Part shown: piece after piece, positions 49,801 to 60,400 of the stretch
Position numbering within the stretch: position 1 is the stretch's first letter
Layout: every line of letters starts with the position of its first letter
Assembly (NCBI GenBank): GCA_021613535.1
Contig: CP075492.1
Location: 1,116,001-1,180,000 of the forward strand
Length of the DNA stretch: 64,000 nt
Reading direction: 5' to 3'
From: Adineta vaga
Lineage: Eukaryota; Animalia; Rotifera
The notes under the pieces: generated by a model
What the model saw: the letters and a program-made list of their open reading frames with translations, nothing else
Database searches by the model: none
What the model was told of the DNA's origin: nothing
Position numbers and translations under genes: made by a program

Positions 49801-51587
49801 GTTTAACAAATTCAATATTTATTGGTTTTAAACAAAATTCTAATCAATCAATTTGTGTATTATCATTAATTAAATCTTTATGTTTAACAAATCCTTGTCA
49901 AAATCATGGTCAATGTATTGAAAATAATGAAAATTCATTTGAAAGAAATTATACATGTATTTGTATTGATGAAAGATATTATGGAAAAAATTGTCAATAT
50001 AAAAAATGGCAATTAGATGTTTCATTTGATAATAATATTTATATACCAAAAAACTATTTAATTGCATATTTTTATACAATATCAAATAGTTCACAACCAC
50101 AAAAAACAATTCTTCTTCGAAAATTAACACTTTTTCAACAAATTATTTCATTTTATATATCAATTCCTTATCATTTAGTATTTATTCAAATAAATTCAAA
50201 TAAATATTATCTTATTTATCTTCAATATTCATCATCTATGTATATATTAACAAAAATGACTTTAAAACAACAATGTCATTCAATTAATCAATATGTTAAT
50301 TCAACAATATTAAAATTACATTTTTATGAAAGAATTATTTATTTTCATCGACTTTGTTTAAATAATTGGAATTTAATTTGTTTTATTGATCAAATGTATT
50401 TATGTTTATGTACAAAAGATCATCATGCAAATTGTTTACCATTTAATCAACAAATTTATTCATCGGAAAATCATTTTCAATGTTTAGTAAATGATCAATA
50501 CTGTTTAAATGACGGTAAATGTTATCAGGATCATCCTTATTGTCCATCAACAAAAATATGTTTATGTTCTAATTGTTTTTTTGGTCAACAATGTCAATTC
50601 TATGCTAAAGGTATTGGTTCAACATTAGATGAAATTTTAGGATATGAATTTATTGAGAAAAAACCTTTTTTCTTTCAACCATTTCGTATTCAATTAAGTA
50701 GTGGAATAACAATATTTTTATTTCTAATTGGTATAATTAATGGAATATTATCATTAATGACATTTACACAAAAGAAAGTACGTCAAGTTGGTTGTGGATT
50801 ATATTTATTATCATCATCAATTAGTTCATTATTAACTGTAACATTTTTTACAATAAAATATTTATTACTTTATTTATCTTATCAAGATATATTAAATCGT
50901 GAAATAATATTAATTATTAATTGTCGATGTATTGAAATTTTATTAAAATTATGTTTATTTATTGATAATTGGTTAAATGCTTGTGTTGCTATTGAAAGAA
51001 CTTATTCAGCAAAACAAGGTTTATTATTTAATGGAAAACAAAGTAAAAGAATTGCAAAATCAGTTATTTTATGTATAATTATTATAAATACAGCACTTCT
51101 TGTTCCACATATGATTTTTCTTCATGTATTTGAAGATAAAATTGAAGGAAGAAGTTGGTGTGTTATTCATTATAAAACATGGATTAAATTATATACAATG
51201 ATGATGATATTTATTCATTATTTTATTCCATTAATTATACAAATTAGTTCAACAATAACAATAATAATACTTACAGCACGACAACGATCAACAGTACAAA
51301 CAGAAAAAAGTTTTTGGAATCATTTAAAAAGAAAAATTCTTAAATATAAACAACAAATAATAAGTCCAATTCTAATTATATTAATAACATTACCACATTT
51401 AATTGTAACAATTATATTAGATTGTAATAAATCATCACGATTATTTTGGTTTTTTCTTATTAGTTATTTCTTATCATTTATTCCAGCAGCATTTATATTT
51501 ATTATATTTGTTATTCCATCTCCACTTTATCGAAAACAATTTCAACAATGTATTTTACATTTACGACGAAGAATCAAAAGATATTAG
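46890..51587 (+). CDS. LDLa / EGF-repeat 7TM receptor (paralogue of 3-3239), intronless
   Basis: Likely start MNTMS with signal-like segment (ORF is open from 46704). LDLa motifs (CLDWREICDGIVDC, CDGHWACRDGRDE), EGF motifs and 7TM with VAIER. Confidence 0.88.
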   Translation: MNTMSIIVEGKEIFPIFLLTLFRLTLITCQFNMYNIREIVDNNTLEYDCLDYYGYYETKLANEDLYDAINEIISFCIRPVNPSDDPIDTFVHPLARRLSFEDVSLMGITVEQLRSWSIPKATIEDYQRYLMNLKTVSLNDYFYHCTFPQFGFRCQYSFGSRYKQGMSFNDIVDATYQSKQSYSELQTKTIIQAPLPCYVLLSCHRNGIEWCLDWREICDGIVDCFDESSDEEYCFLMEINECKEDEYRCHNGMCIAEELWNNGEGEADCLDRSDEILVAPYLDMCYQDVSFRCKEHSCRPGGGTFSCGDGQCVMRYKHCHSGRHQLLIESLMKENDLDKECWITMICLTKLIEQIHGISCYIWLMDDFTNEYLSKCPSFFQFPSNTIYSNHVRFFYENIHLRNNLTLNFTPNYICYNVELCEFHSNSLTRDDLICLKKFNKHIQWDNTVENPWSELIWWIEQDFRSCLISTSFISNQMIYFNSSTLYQCSKSLKIISFHRFKDKMKDCIEADDENSSLNCLLNDRYRIRCGGANECWSPIQKENACRSSREQSQEILPFQSFCDGIPQHFYYNLNRQLRYDEDECDIDKLCNNMYSRCDGHWACRDGRDEWNCSQTICPIRSHICISPVNYTIFCLPYTRVNDRNDDCLGATDESKQCHMTFNSYDNLIRFRCLKDERCLRSSALCNEKVDCPILKDDEQFCKKYPLFTCQKNISNQRNEIEQILCELNENNQHRIKYFSIITSSPYPSFKQNEFLEINKEKDESIIIKKKIIFSKEDQQWSHYCNHGIMIEKQLNNKILYKCLCPSNYYGHLCQYVNERISLSLKLSSTNRYEIYDIIILLIDDNKNEIITFHQFQYITKDSCTIKFNRIFLYSIRPKNNSSKYFIRIDIIEKNSMIYIGHWYYSIPFVFLPVNRLSIVLNLSSTIIQTQTIRKCQRKCLNKEQECIEYINNKDKSFCRWKTSSMISHQCLTNSIFIGFKQNSNQSICVLSLIKSLCLTNPCQNHGQCIENNENSFERNYTCICIDERYYGKNCQYKKWQLDVSFDNNIYIPKNYLIAYFYTISNSSQPQKTILLRKLTLFQQIISFYISIPYHLVFIQINSNKYYLIYLQYSSSMYILTKMTLKQQCHSINQYVNSTILKLHFYERIIYFHRLCLNNWNLICFIDQMYLCLCTKDHHANCLPFNQQIYSSENHFQCLVNDQYCLNDGKCYQDHPYCPSTKICLCSNCFFGQQCQFYAKGIGSTLDEILGYEFIEKKPFFFQPFRIQLSSGITIFLFLIGIINGILSLMTFTQKKVRQVGCGLYLLSSSISSLLTVTFFTIKYLLLYLSYQDILNREIILIINCRCIEILLKLCLFIDNWLNACVAIERTYSAKQGLLFNGKQSKRIAKSVILCIIIINTALLVPHMIFLHVFEDKIEGRSWCVIHYKTWIKLYTMMMIFIHYFIPLIIQISSTITIIILTARQRSTVQTEKSFWNHLKRKILKYKQQIISPILIILITLPHLIVTIILDCNKSSRLFWFFLISYFLSFIPAAFIFIIFVIPSPLYRKQFQQCILHLRRRIKRY

Positions 51588-51645
51588 ATATATTCTTGTT
51601 TGTTTTCTCAAACAATTTATTTAATAATAAAAAATGTAAAGATAA

Positions 51646-51687
51646 AGGTGTGATGTGGATTAATGAGAGTAGAGTCTCACACACACC
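51646..51687. repeat. Telomere-like hairpin (degenerate)
   Basis: AGGTGTGATGTG-gattaatgagagtagagtct-CACACACACC. Confidence 0.7.
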
Positions 51688-52241
51688 ATGGTAATAATAA
51701 TAAAAAGAAGCAAAGAAACCTATTAGAAACGTAAAACTAATTTGATCCTCGTTTTTTTCTGTGGATCTGATAATGAAGAAAGAGATTATATATTTAATTT
51801 TTACAATTTTCAATGAATTTTCTAAATGAATAATCTTTCCTTCACAGATTCTATTTGAAAACTCTATCTATATCCATATAATCATATTCATATTACATCC
51901 CTTAACTATAATATTTGACCCAGGAGAAGAAAAAATGTAATGACGTGTAAGAATGTCCTCTTAGAGTCAAATTTGTTTTTTTTTTAACACAAAAGATCTT
52001 CTTACTTAATAATATCCGAATAAACACGGAGTTCTTTGCCAGAACGATGAAAACATTAATATTTAAGATTAAATTTAATATTTCATTTTTCTATGGGCTT
52101 ATCGTTTAAAGGATATGCAAATATGTCATTTTCATAGTTCCGGTTGATATTCTTTCAAACTTGAATAATATCAAATATTAATTCATTTACATAAAAATTG
52201 TCAGAAAGAAGTTTCATCAAAGTAAAACAAAACGAGTAAAC

Positions 52242-53204
52242 ATGTCAACTTCATATTTATCTATTATTCAAGTTAATTTAACTCGATATGGTATGCCCGT
52301 ATGTTTAGTTTTGGGTAATGTTGGTAATTCACTAATTATTTATTTTTTTCATAAACATCGTGAAAGTAAATGTTCAATGTATTTATCTTTTGTTGCTGTT
52401 ATGAACATTTTTTTTCTTACATTTAATGTTCCTCTTCTTGTCTATGGTTCTATTTATGGTGATCCAACAGTACAATCAGTCATATTGTGTAAAATTCGTC
52501 ATTATTTACCACATGTAGCTGGTCAAGTAGCAAGATATCTTCTTGTTTTCACATGTATTGATCGTTTTGTATTAACTAGTTATCAAGGTCGTTTTCGAAA
52601 TTTATTTCGAAAGATTACAATAACTAAACTTCTGATTACAATAACTTTACTATGGTTTTTAATATCCATTCATTTGCCAATATTTACAACAGTTAAAAAT
52701 GGTGCATGTGGTCAATTTCCTCCTTATTATATCTATTATCTTAGTTACATTATACTTTTTGTTTGTACACTTCCTCCATTGTTTATGACTATTTTTGGAT
52801 ATCTTACTTATCGAAATCTTCGATATATACGAATGCGAGTACGGCCTATGGGAAATACCGAAGTCAATAATGATCCTAATCTAATCATTGATCGACGTGA
52901 TCATGATTTATTGTCAATGGTATTAGCTGAAGCTATCGTTTATATTATAACAATGAGTTTTTATCCAATAATATTGACAGAAATTGCAATAACCAATAAT
53001 TTGAATATCGTTAAAAGTACACAATATTTGGCAATTGAAAACTTTACACTATATCTAGCTTCTTTTTTCGGTAATATCAATAGTGCTGCACCTTTTTATA
53101 TTTATTTCATTGCATGCAAAAAATATCGTCGAACCGTAATCGGATCTTTTACAAGTTCAGCACATAAAATGATTGAACATTTACAAACACATTTTACTTA
53201 TTAA
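52242..53204 (+). CDS. Divergent rhodopsin-like GPCR
   Basis: 7TM; LGNVGN, LCKIRHY, CIDRF, APFYIY motifs; intronless. Confidence 0.88.
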   Translation: MSTSYLSIIQVNLTRYGMPVCLVLGNVGNSLIIYFFHKHRESKCSMYLSFVAVMNIFFLTFNVPLLVYGSIYGDPTVQSVILCKIRHYLPHVAGQVARYLLVFTCIDRFVLTSYQGRFRNLFRKITITKLLITITLLWFLISIHLPIFTTVKNGACGQFPPYYIYYLSYIILFVCTLPPLFMTIFGYLTYRNLRYIRMRVRPMGNTEVNNDPNLIIDRRDHDLLSMVLAEAIVYIITMSFYPIILTEIAITNNLNIVKSTQYLAIENFTLYLASFFGNINSAAPFYIYFIACKKYRRTVIGSFTSSAHKMIEHLQTHFTY

Positions 53205-53662
53205 ACAAAACATACAAAACAAAAAAGATACTGAACAGTTCCTAAAAAAATCTATTTAAAAGAATTATTATATTACGCATATATTTATAGATGTTGCCAT
53301 TGAAAATTTTTAATATGAAAATATATATTTTATTATAAAAAGAAGTAATATGTAAATGTGAAACTATAATTGATTTAATGTAATTTATATTCTAATAGTT
53401 TAGGAAATATTATTGGAATTATTATGAGTGATAATATTATTTCATTTTTGCATAAATATCTATGTTGATAATTCAGTATTCAAGAAAAATGAAAGATTTA
53501 GTCGAACATAATGCTTTGAATTATACACAGTTCTTTACATTAGTGTAGAATAGTAACTCGCATATTCGAAATTATCTATTCGATTGCGATATAAATGAAT
53601 CAATCAATCTATACGTAAATATTATGTTGGAATAATTTGTAAATTAATACCTTTATACGTTA

Positions 53663-53729
53663 TGGGTGTGGATTGATGAAAATCATAGTGTCTCTATCCA
53701 CACACACACTTTCACCTATATACTCAAGA
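53663..53729. repeat. Telomere-like hairpin (degenerate)
   Basis: TGGGTGTGGAT...ATCCACACACACAC...ACTCAAGA. Confidence 0.65.
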
Positions 53730-54418
53730 TTGTCATTATTAATTTCTATATCAAAAATATTTTTGTCAATATATCTAAGGATGTCGTTTCTTATCCTCAA
53801 CAAAACACAATTTAAAAACCTCTACGAAGAGAGAAACGAGATTTTTCATATTTAAACGGTTTCTAATCTTTTCTCAAATATAGAAATATTTGAAGATAGT
53901 TGAAACGTTATTTAGACAAAAAATATATAATCATCTGTCGCTCAACTTTTCTGCACTATATGCATGATGTTTTAACAAGAATGTTAATAAATTTTTCTTT
54001 TCTTTTATTCTCATCTGTTAGAGAAATAATTCAAGGATAGAAAAACGATGAAATAACAAAATTAGAGAGAACATATGGATAAAGTCTCTTAGCTAAATAG
54101 ACATAATGGATTTTAATTATTTGAAGTTCTTGATATATTTAAATGAAACAATGCAGAAAGAGATATGCACTGAAGTCATGAAAACCATATGATCACAATA
54201 TATTTTTTCTTGTTTTAATTTTGCCGGTTACATATTATTTTGAATTAAGGGGCGATAATAGTCATTTGAGGACATTATATTGTTTCTATGAACATTTTTT
54301 CGTTATTTATTACATCATATTACAGTTTTATGAACTCATTTTTCTCCGATTTATTTTATTTTTTCTTTGTTAGAAAAACGATTTGATCAACAGATCTATA
54401 TTAAATTTATTCGTAATT

Positions 54419-57400
54419 ATGCATCCTAAAACATTGTTTTATTGGATCTATGATTATGTACTTCATTATAATCTTTTCGTATCCGAAGAAGATGAGCTCG
54501 ACGATAATGAGAATGAACCACAAGATCAAACAATTATTATTCAACATAAAAAATACTCAACATGGTTATATATTCTTCTTTTTATCAGTAAGTAGAACAT
54601 ATAATTTAGAAATCGAGATATGTGATTCACGTTCAAAATCCCAATTGAATATTATTTCCCTTGAGATTTTATCCATAATCTTGTGTCTTATTGATTTTTT
54701 CTTTCAGTGTTTTTCTATGTATTCTTTTACATTGCTATGGCCAAACCTCAGCAACGTACAATCGTGATCTCTGATGTTACAGAGACTAGTATTACTAAAC
54801 TTAATCTTGAATATAAAAAAACTCTTTCATGTCCATGTTCAACCATTTATGTACCACCTAAACAGTTCGGTCTCAATCAAATAAAACGTCATCCTGTTTG
54901 TACAAGCATCTTTGTTAGTCAACAATGGATTGAAAATCTATATTTATCAAATGCCAGTCAATATAGAGCAACAGATTTTCGAACAACAGCTCATTCTCAG
55001 GTAATTGAATATCGTTCTTTTTTTCTTCATTCTACACCCTAGTCAATTACTTCTCGAAATTTCAAATGTTTATTCATAAAAAAAACATTTTTCTAATTTT
55101 TTTACACCGAATATTTGAGTTACTCTCCATGATGTTCTATAGAAAGTTTCCTCATTTAAATTGAGCTTCGTAGTTATTAACTTATAGCCAAACTATTAAT
55201 GTAGCATTTGTATTTGTACTAAGAGTACAATTGGGATAAATGAATAAATAAAATATCGAAAGATCAAGGTAAGGTCTATGTCGTAAATAAATCAAAAATT
55301 CAAATTTTCTTTGTAAGAATAAGGAAGATCAAAAATAATATCATGCAGATAGTTTTCGGTATTTTGACGATGCACTTGTTTTTCAATAGTAATACTTTTC
55401 TTATGTGTATTTTTCACTAAACGTTTTGAACGTTCACGGTGATAATTCATCTAATTTATCAAGTCTGAGCTACTAATATGCGGACTATCTGTCTTTACGT
55501 CGTTAGTAGGAACAATATTTTATTAAAATATGATGATTATTGAATTATGAATTCGACGATCATCTTTCAAGAACTTTCGTTCACTTGAAAATCGATGTAT
55601 CTAATTATTTACTGTATTATATGAAGTAGCATCTTACTCATGAACAGTAGTTAGACATAGTAACGAATGAGTTTTTTATGTATGGCTGTCACGCAGTTTA
55701 TTCATGCAAAAATAGACGTGCTAAAAAATTTCATTAACGGTTCTTTCTAATCGAGGCTTCCGAAATGGTGCCCGGTATTTCAATATACAACATATGGTGC
55801 TGCTTTGATTAGCACAATATGTAAGATAAAATGACTATTACGCGAATTTATTTATTGACGTATGTAAAAATGAAAAAATGTTCTTTGACTCTCAATCTTT
55901 CCTTATCCACAAACGTGACAGATATTAATCAATTAATTTGTAATAACTAATTAGATGAATTATGATAAACATTAAAGAAGTATCGTTTATTAGATAAGAA
56001 CAATGCAATAAATATGTTTTTACTAAACAATAAATATAAAATTGACTTTCTCTTTGTTTAGTTTCAATTTCTAGCTGATTTTTGTTCTCTTGTCCACGAT
56101 ATAATTGATCAAGTAGAGATTGAAATTGAGAATTACGAATTCACTACAGTCGAACTTCTATCAAATGAACAACTTCAATCACAAATGGATATTATTTTGG
56201 AATCAGTTAGAAATAGTGCATCTACTCGATTAATGTCATTTATCAACTATATTAACACAAATGCTCGATCTAACAATTTCATTTCTGCTCTCAATACAAA
56301 TACAATGATTGTAATCGAGTTTCAAAATGACCAATACATTTCCAAGAAAAGGCCAACAATTTACAAAAACTTCTCATTAGACTTGGGAAGATTGGAATAG
56401 ACTTGCAATGATGTGTTTACCCTGCATTTCCTGACAAAACTATAAAGAAGAAAGTATGCTCATATATCATGATCCCAATGAAGTACCAGTGGTTGGATTT
56501 TTCTCATCATGTACACCGTTTGAAGGTTTTCTTTCCAGTACACTCAATTGTCTACATGATAATAAATGTCTTGAATTATTACTCAAATATTTTCCATTTC
56601 ATAATCGAGTATGAATAATAATTTTGTTATTATTAATTTATATTTTATTCTTTATAGATATATTTCAATTTAAATGATTCTATTCTATTTTCAAAAAAAG
56701 CAAATCTTTCCTTTTATGAACATTTGGAAACTCTCTTCATCGATGATTGGTCAATAAAAATTAATTATTCTCAATATTTCCAACAATGTAAACCTTCATT
56801 TTGTTCATATGAAACAACAGATCAAAAAAATATTTATTATGCAATTACTATTCTCGTCAGTCTCTATGGTGGATTCACGATTATACTTCATTCGATAACA
56901 CCACATATTATTAGTGTGATATTGAAATTCAAATCTCGATCATTAAATACCAATGGTAAATGATTCGTATATTTTTCAAAGAGAATAAACAAATATGAAT
57001 TTGATTTTTTTTTTCTATTATAGTTAATTATATGGAATGTTTACGAAAATATGGAAAATTCCTCAAACAATTAAATTTATTTAAAGTGGCTACTGATCGA
57101 ACAATAAACGGTGTTAAACAACAACAGATTCTCACACGTATCTATATAATTCTATTATCGGGTATAATTATTTCTATTTTAAATAGAATATTTTTTTCTC
57201 TATTTTATTCTTAATCTATTAAAATTTTTCATTTGAATTGACAACGAACGCTCGACATATCAACTCACTTTACTCTCGACTGTAGAAGACAGGTATTTTC
57301 TTCGTGTACTGATAGTGAGACGAATTGATATAGCAAGTTTATATACGAGAAAACGATTCAAATTTTTTTCTCATCCACACCCTCGCTAAAGTCGAGAGAA

Positions 57401-60400
57401 TAATTTTTCTATTAAAAATATGTAAATTTATTTTCATTATTAGGTTCATTGTTGATCCTTCTTTTATTTCATACATTTCATACTGAAATAGTCATAATCA
57501 CCGAATCAAATCCATCACTTGACATTTACAAAAATTTAGAAAATTCATATTCAAATACGCTGAAATGTCCTTGTTCATTGATGATAATACCTTACAAAAA
57601 CTTTCTTTCACTTACTCCAATTATACATGAAATGTGTTCAAGTGATCTTGTTGATGATCGTTGGATAACAGTATGGAAAACTTTAAGAGGTATATTTATG
57701 TTACATGATTGGCGTGATCAAGCTTCATCTCAATTTCAATTGTTATCTGATCTTTGTCGATTGACTAATCGAACAATCGATGACGCAGTGCGTCGATTTC
57801 TTTTAGAATCTTTTGCTGCTTTAAATGTTCTTAACAAAGAAGATTTCGAAGCACAATTATATAAAATACTCAATCAATTTTTTCAATCAATCACTACATC
57901 TTTTCGTGTGCTTGTCGATACGACACGTCTTTTTACTCAAGTCGATCAGCCTTATATGAGATGGGTACACCGTAATTACAGAACCTCTTATACAGATCTG
58001 ATCATCAATCTTTGGAAAAATGAAACAAATAATAAAGAATCATTGAACGTAAGAAAACAAAACACCTAAATTCTCAAAAAATAAGAGATTACATTTGAGT
58101 GAGAATTTTCTATATGAATAAAAGATTTGTATGAATTGACATGTGAACAATGAAAACAATATTTATTGTCTTTTTTTTAGTTTACGTTCTCTTTGGCTGG
58201 AATAAAAAATATCGAGTCAGAATCATTCAAATGCATTTGTGCGATGGATCCTGATTGTCAAAATTCAGCTCGTTTTTATAATACTATATTTGAGTTAGCA
58301 CCTTTTTTTGACGTAGATCGAACTTACATTTTAACAGAGTTCGTCGAAAGATGTTCTACAGTCGATTCTCTTCTATTCTCAACACTTGAATGTTTTTACT
58401 TTGACTCTGATTGTTTCATGCTTTTAATACGTGCCGCACAAAACGCTCAGCGTGTATCTTTTGATCTATCAAGATTTTATATTCGTCCTTTCGTGTATAA
58501 TACAACGTTTAGTCATTTTCCACTTCATACTACAATTAAAACAATAGTTGACGAATTAATGATCGAACAATGGAATCCAGTTGTTTCCTATGAACGTTTT
58601 TATCAATCATGTGCGCCAAAATATTGTTCTTATTCACGGCGAATTCGCACTAAGAATACTATTGAACTGATAATGTCATTAGTATCAATGATCGGTGGTC
58701 TTACTACTTCACTAAAATTAATTACACCTTATCTTGTCAAAGTATGTTTTTATTTATGGTCAGTCATCATCAGAAAACAACGAGAACAAGAACCACAATC
58801 GGAACAACAAAGTAGAATTATTGAATCTCTTGAAAATATAGTGTATAGATTATTTTCACAAGTTAAAGATCTATATCTGATACAGTTCGTATCTGATGTG
58901 AGAGAGAAGAAAGTCTTGCATTGTTTTATTGATTTGAATTTACATTTTGATTGTGAGTTAAAATCAATACCTTAAACTTAATGTTCCTTAGACTTATCGT
59001 TCGCTTGTGACCGAACTGAATCAGATTCTGACAGCTATAGCCACGCACCAGTCTATAATGTTGTCCAACCACTATTTTAGTAGTCGTTCTCCTCTGAACT
59101 TTCCATTCATATCAGAAAATATTATATCTCGAAGGTGTGGATATGAATAGAGACACTGAATTGTTTCTTTGTTTGTTTACAGTTCCTCAACAAAGTTGGG
59201 ATCGATTAAAATGATCATACGAAATCTAATTACACTGTTACGAATTCAATTGATTAACTTAAACATCTTCTCTTCACGAGATTTTGATAGTCGAATGGAT
59301 CGAATAACAACTAAACGACTTGGTCAATGGTCTACTCGTTTGCATTTTATTCTACTAATCAGTGGCATTGTTATATTAATTCTTTACACTATCATTCAAC
59401 CTCAGACAATTACGAAAGATTTCCGTGAACCACCTTTCAATCTCTATGAACATCTGGTAGAAAGATTGGAAATCAACTCAAATGTTTATGTTCATCTATT
59501 GCATCGATACATAAGAAATTTGTCACTATTGAACCACGATTTCATCAGGTAAACAGAGATAAGTGTTGATGTCATACTCACAGACATTAATATATAAGTA
59601 TATTAATTTGCGATTGAGAATCAATCTAATATTCTTCTTCTTTTCTTGTGTTTTCAGATTTGTTCAAGCCCATTTGCTTCGGATCAATGGCGAATGAATA
59701 TTACATTCGGTCTCACTAGTAATTTATCCACTGAAATAAGAACAGATTATCGTCGTTTTCTCTCAGCTCATCTGCAATTTCTTCATGGTCTATGTCAACT
59801 CTCTACCCAATTAGTTAATAACTTCGTCGATCAATTCCTTACTTCATTATTCATCACTACACAACTTCTACCTGAAAAGAAGTTTTTTCAACGTCTCAAT
59901 TTAACGATTGAACAAGGTAAATCCAATATTCCAATCAAATTCAATCATCTTCTCTTCTTGATTCGCCGCATAAACCACGGTAATGCTATCATCTCTACAT
60001 ATGGAACGAATTTCGAGTACATTGTTCCTTGGGATAGACTTTACAATGTATATGCACCTGTTCAAGCGATAATTTATAATGATAATTGTTCCTGTGGATT
60101 ACATTCAAATTGTATAACTCAAGCAAATTTCACAGAGCCAAACTCTTCTAAACTGATCTCACTCATAGGTTTGAAAATAGGTTGTACACCAAGTGAATCC
60201 TTTCTTGCTTCAACTCTGGAATGTTTCTATAATCAATCGTGTATTGATCACATCGAAAAATATACGTTGTACACAAATAGTCAGAATTCTTCTCATCCTC
60301 TTTCTATCACAGCCAATCACTTTTCAATCAATACTACAGTATCAGAATTGATACAACATCTGTTCGTTGATGAATGGTTGATAACAAACAATTATATAAC

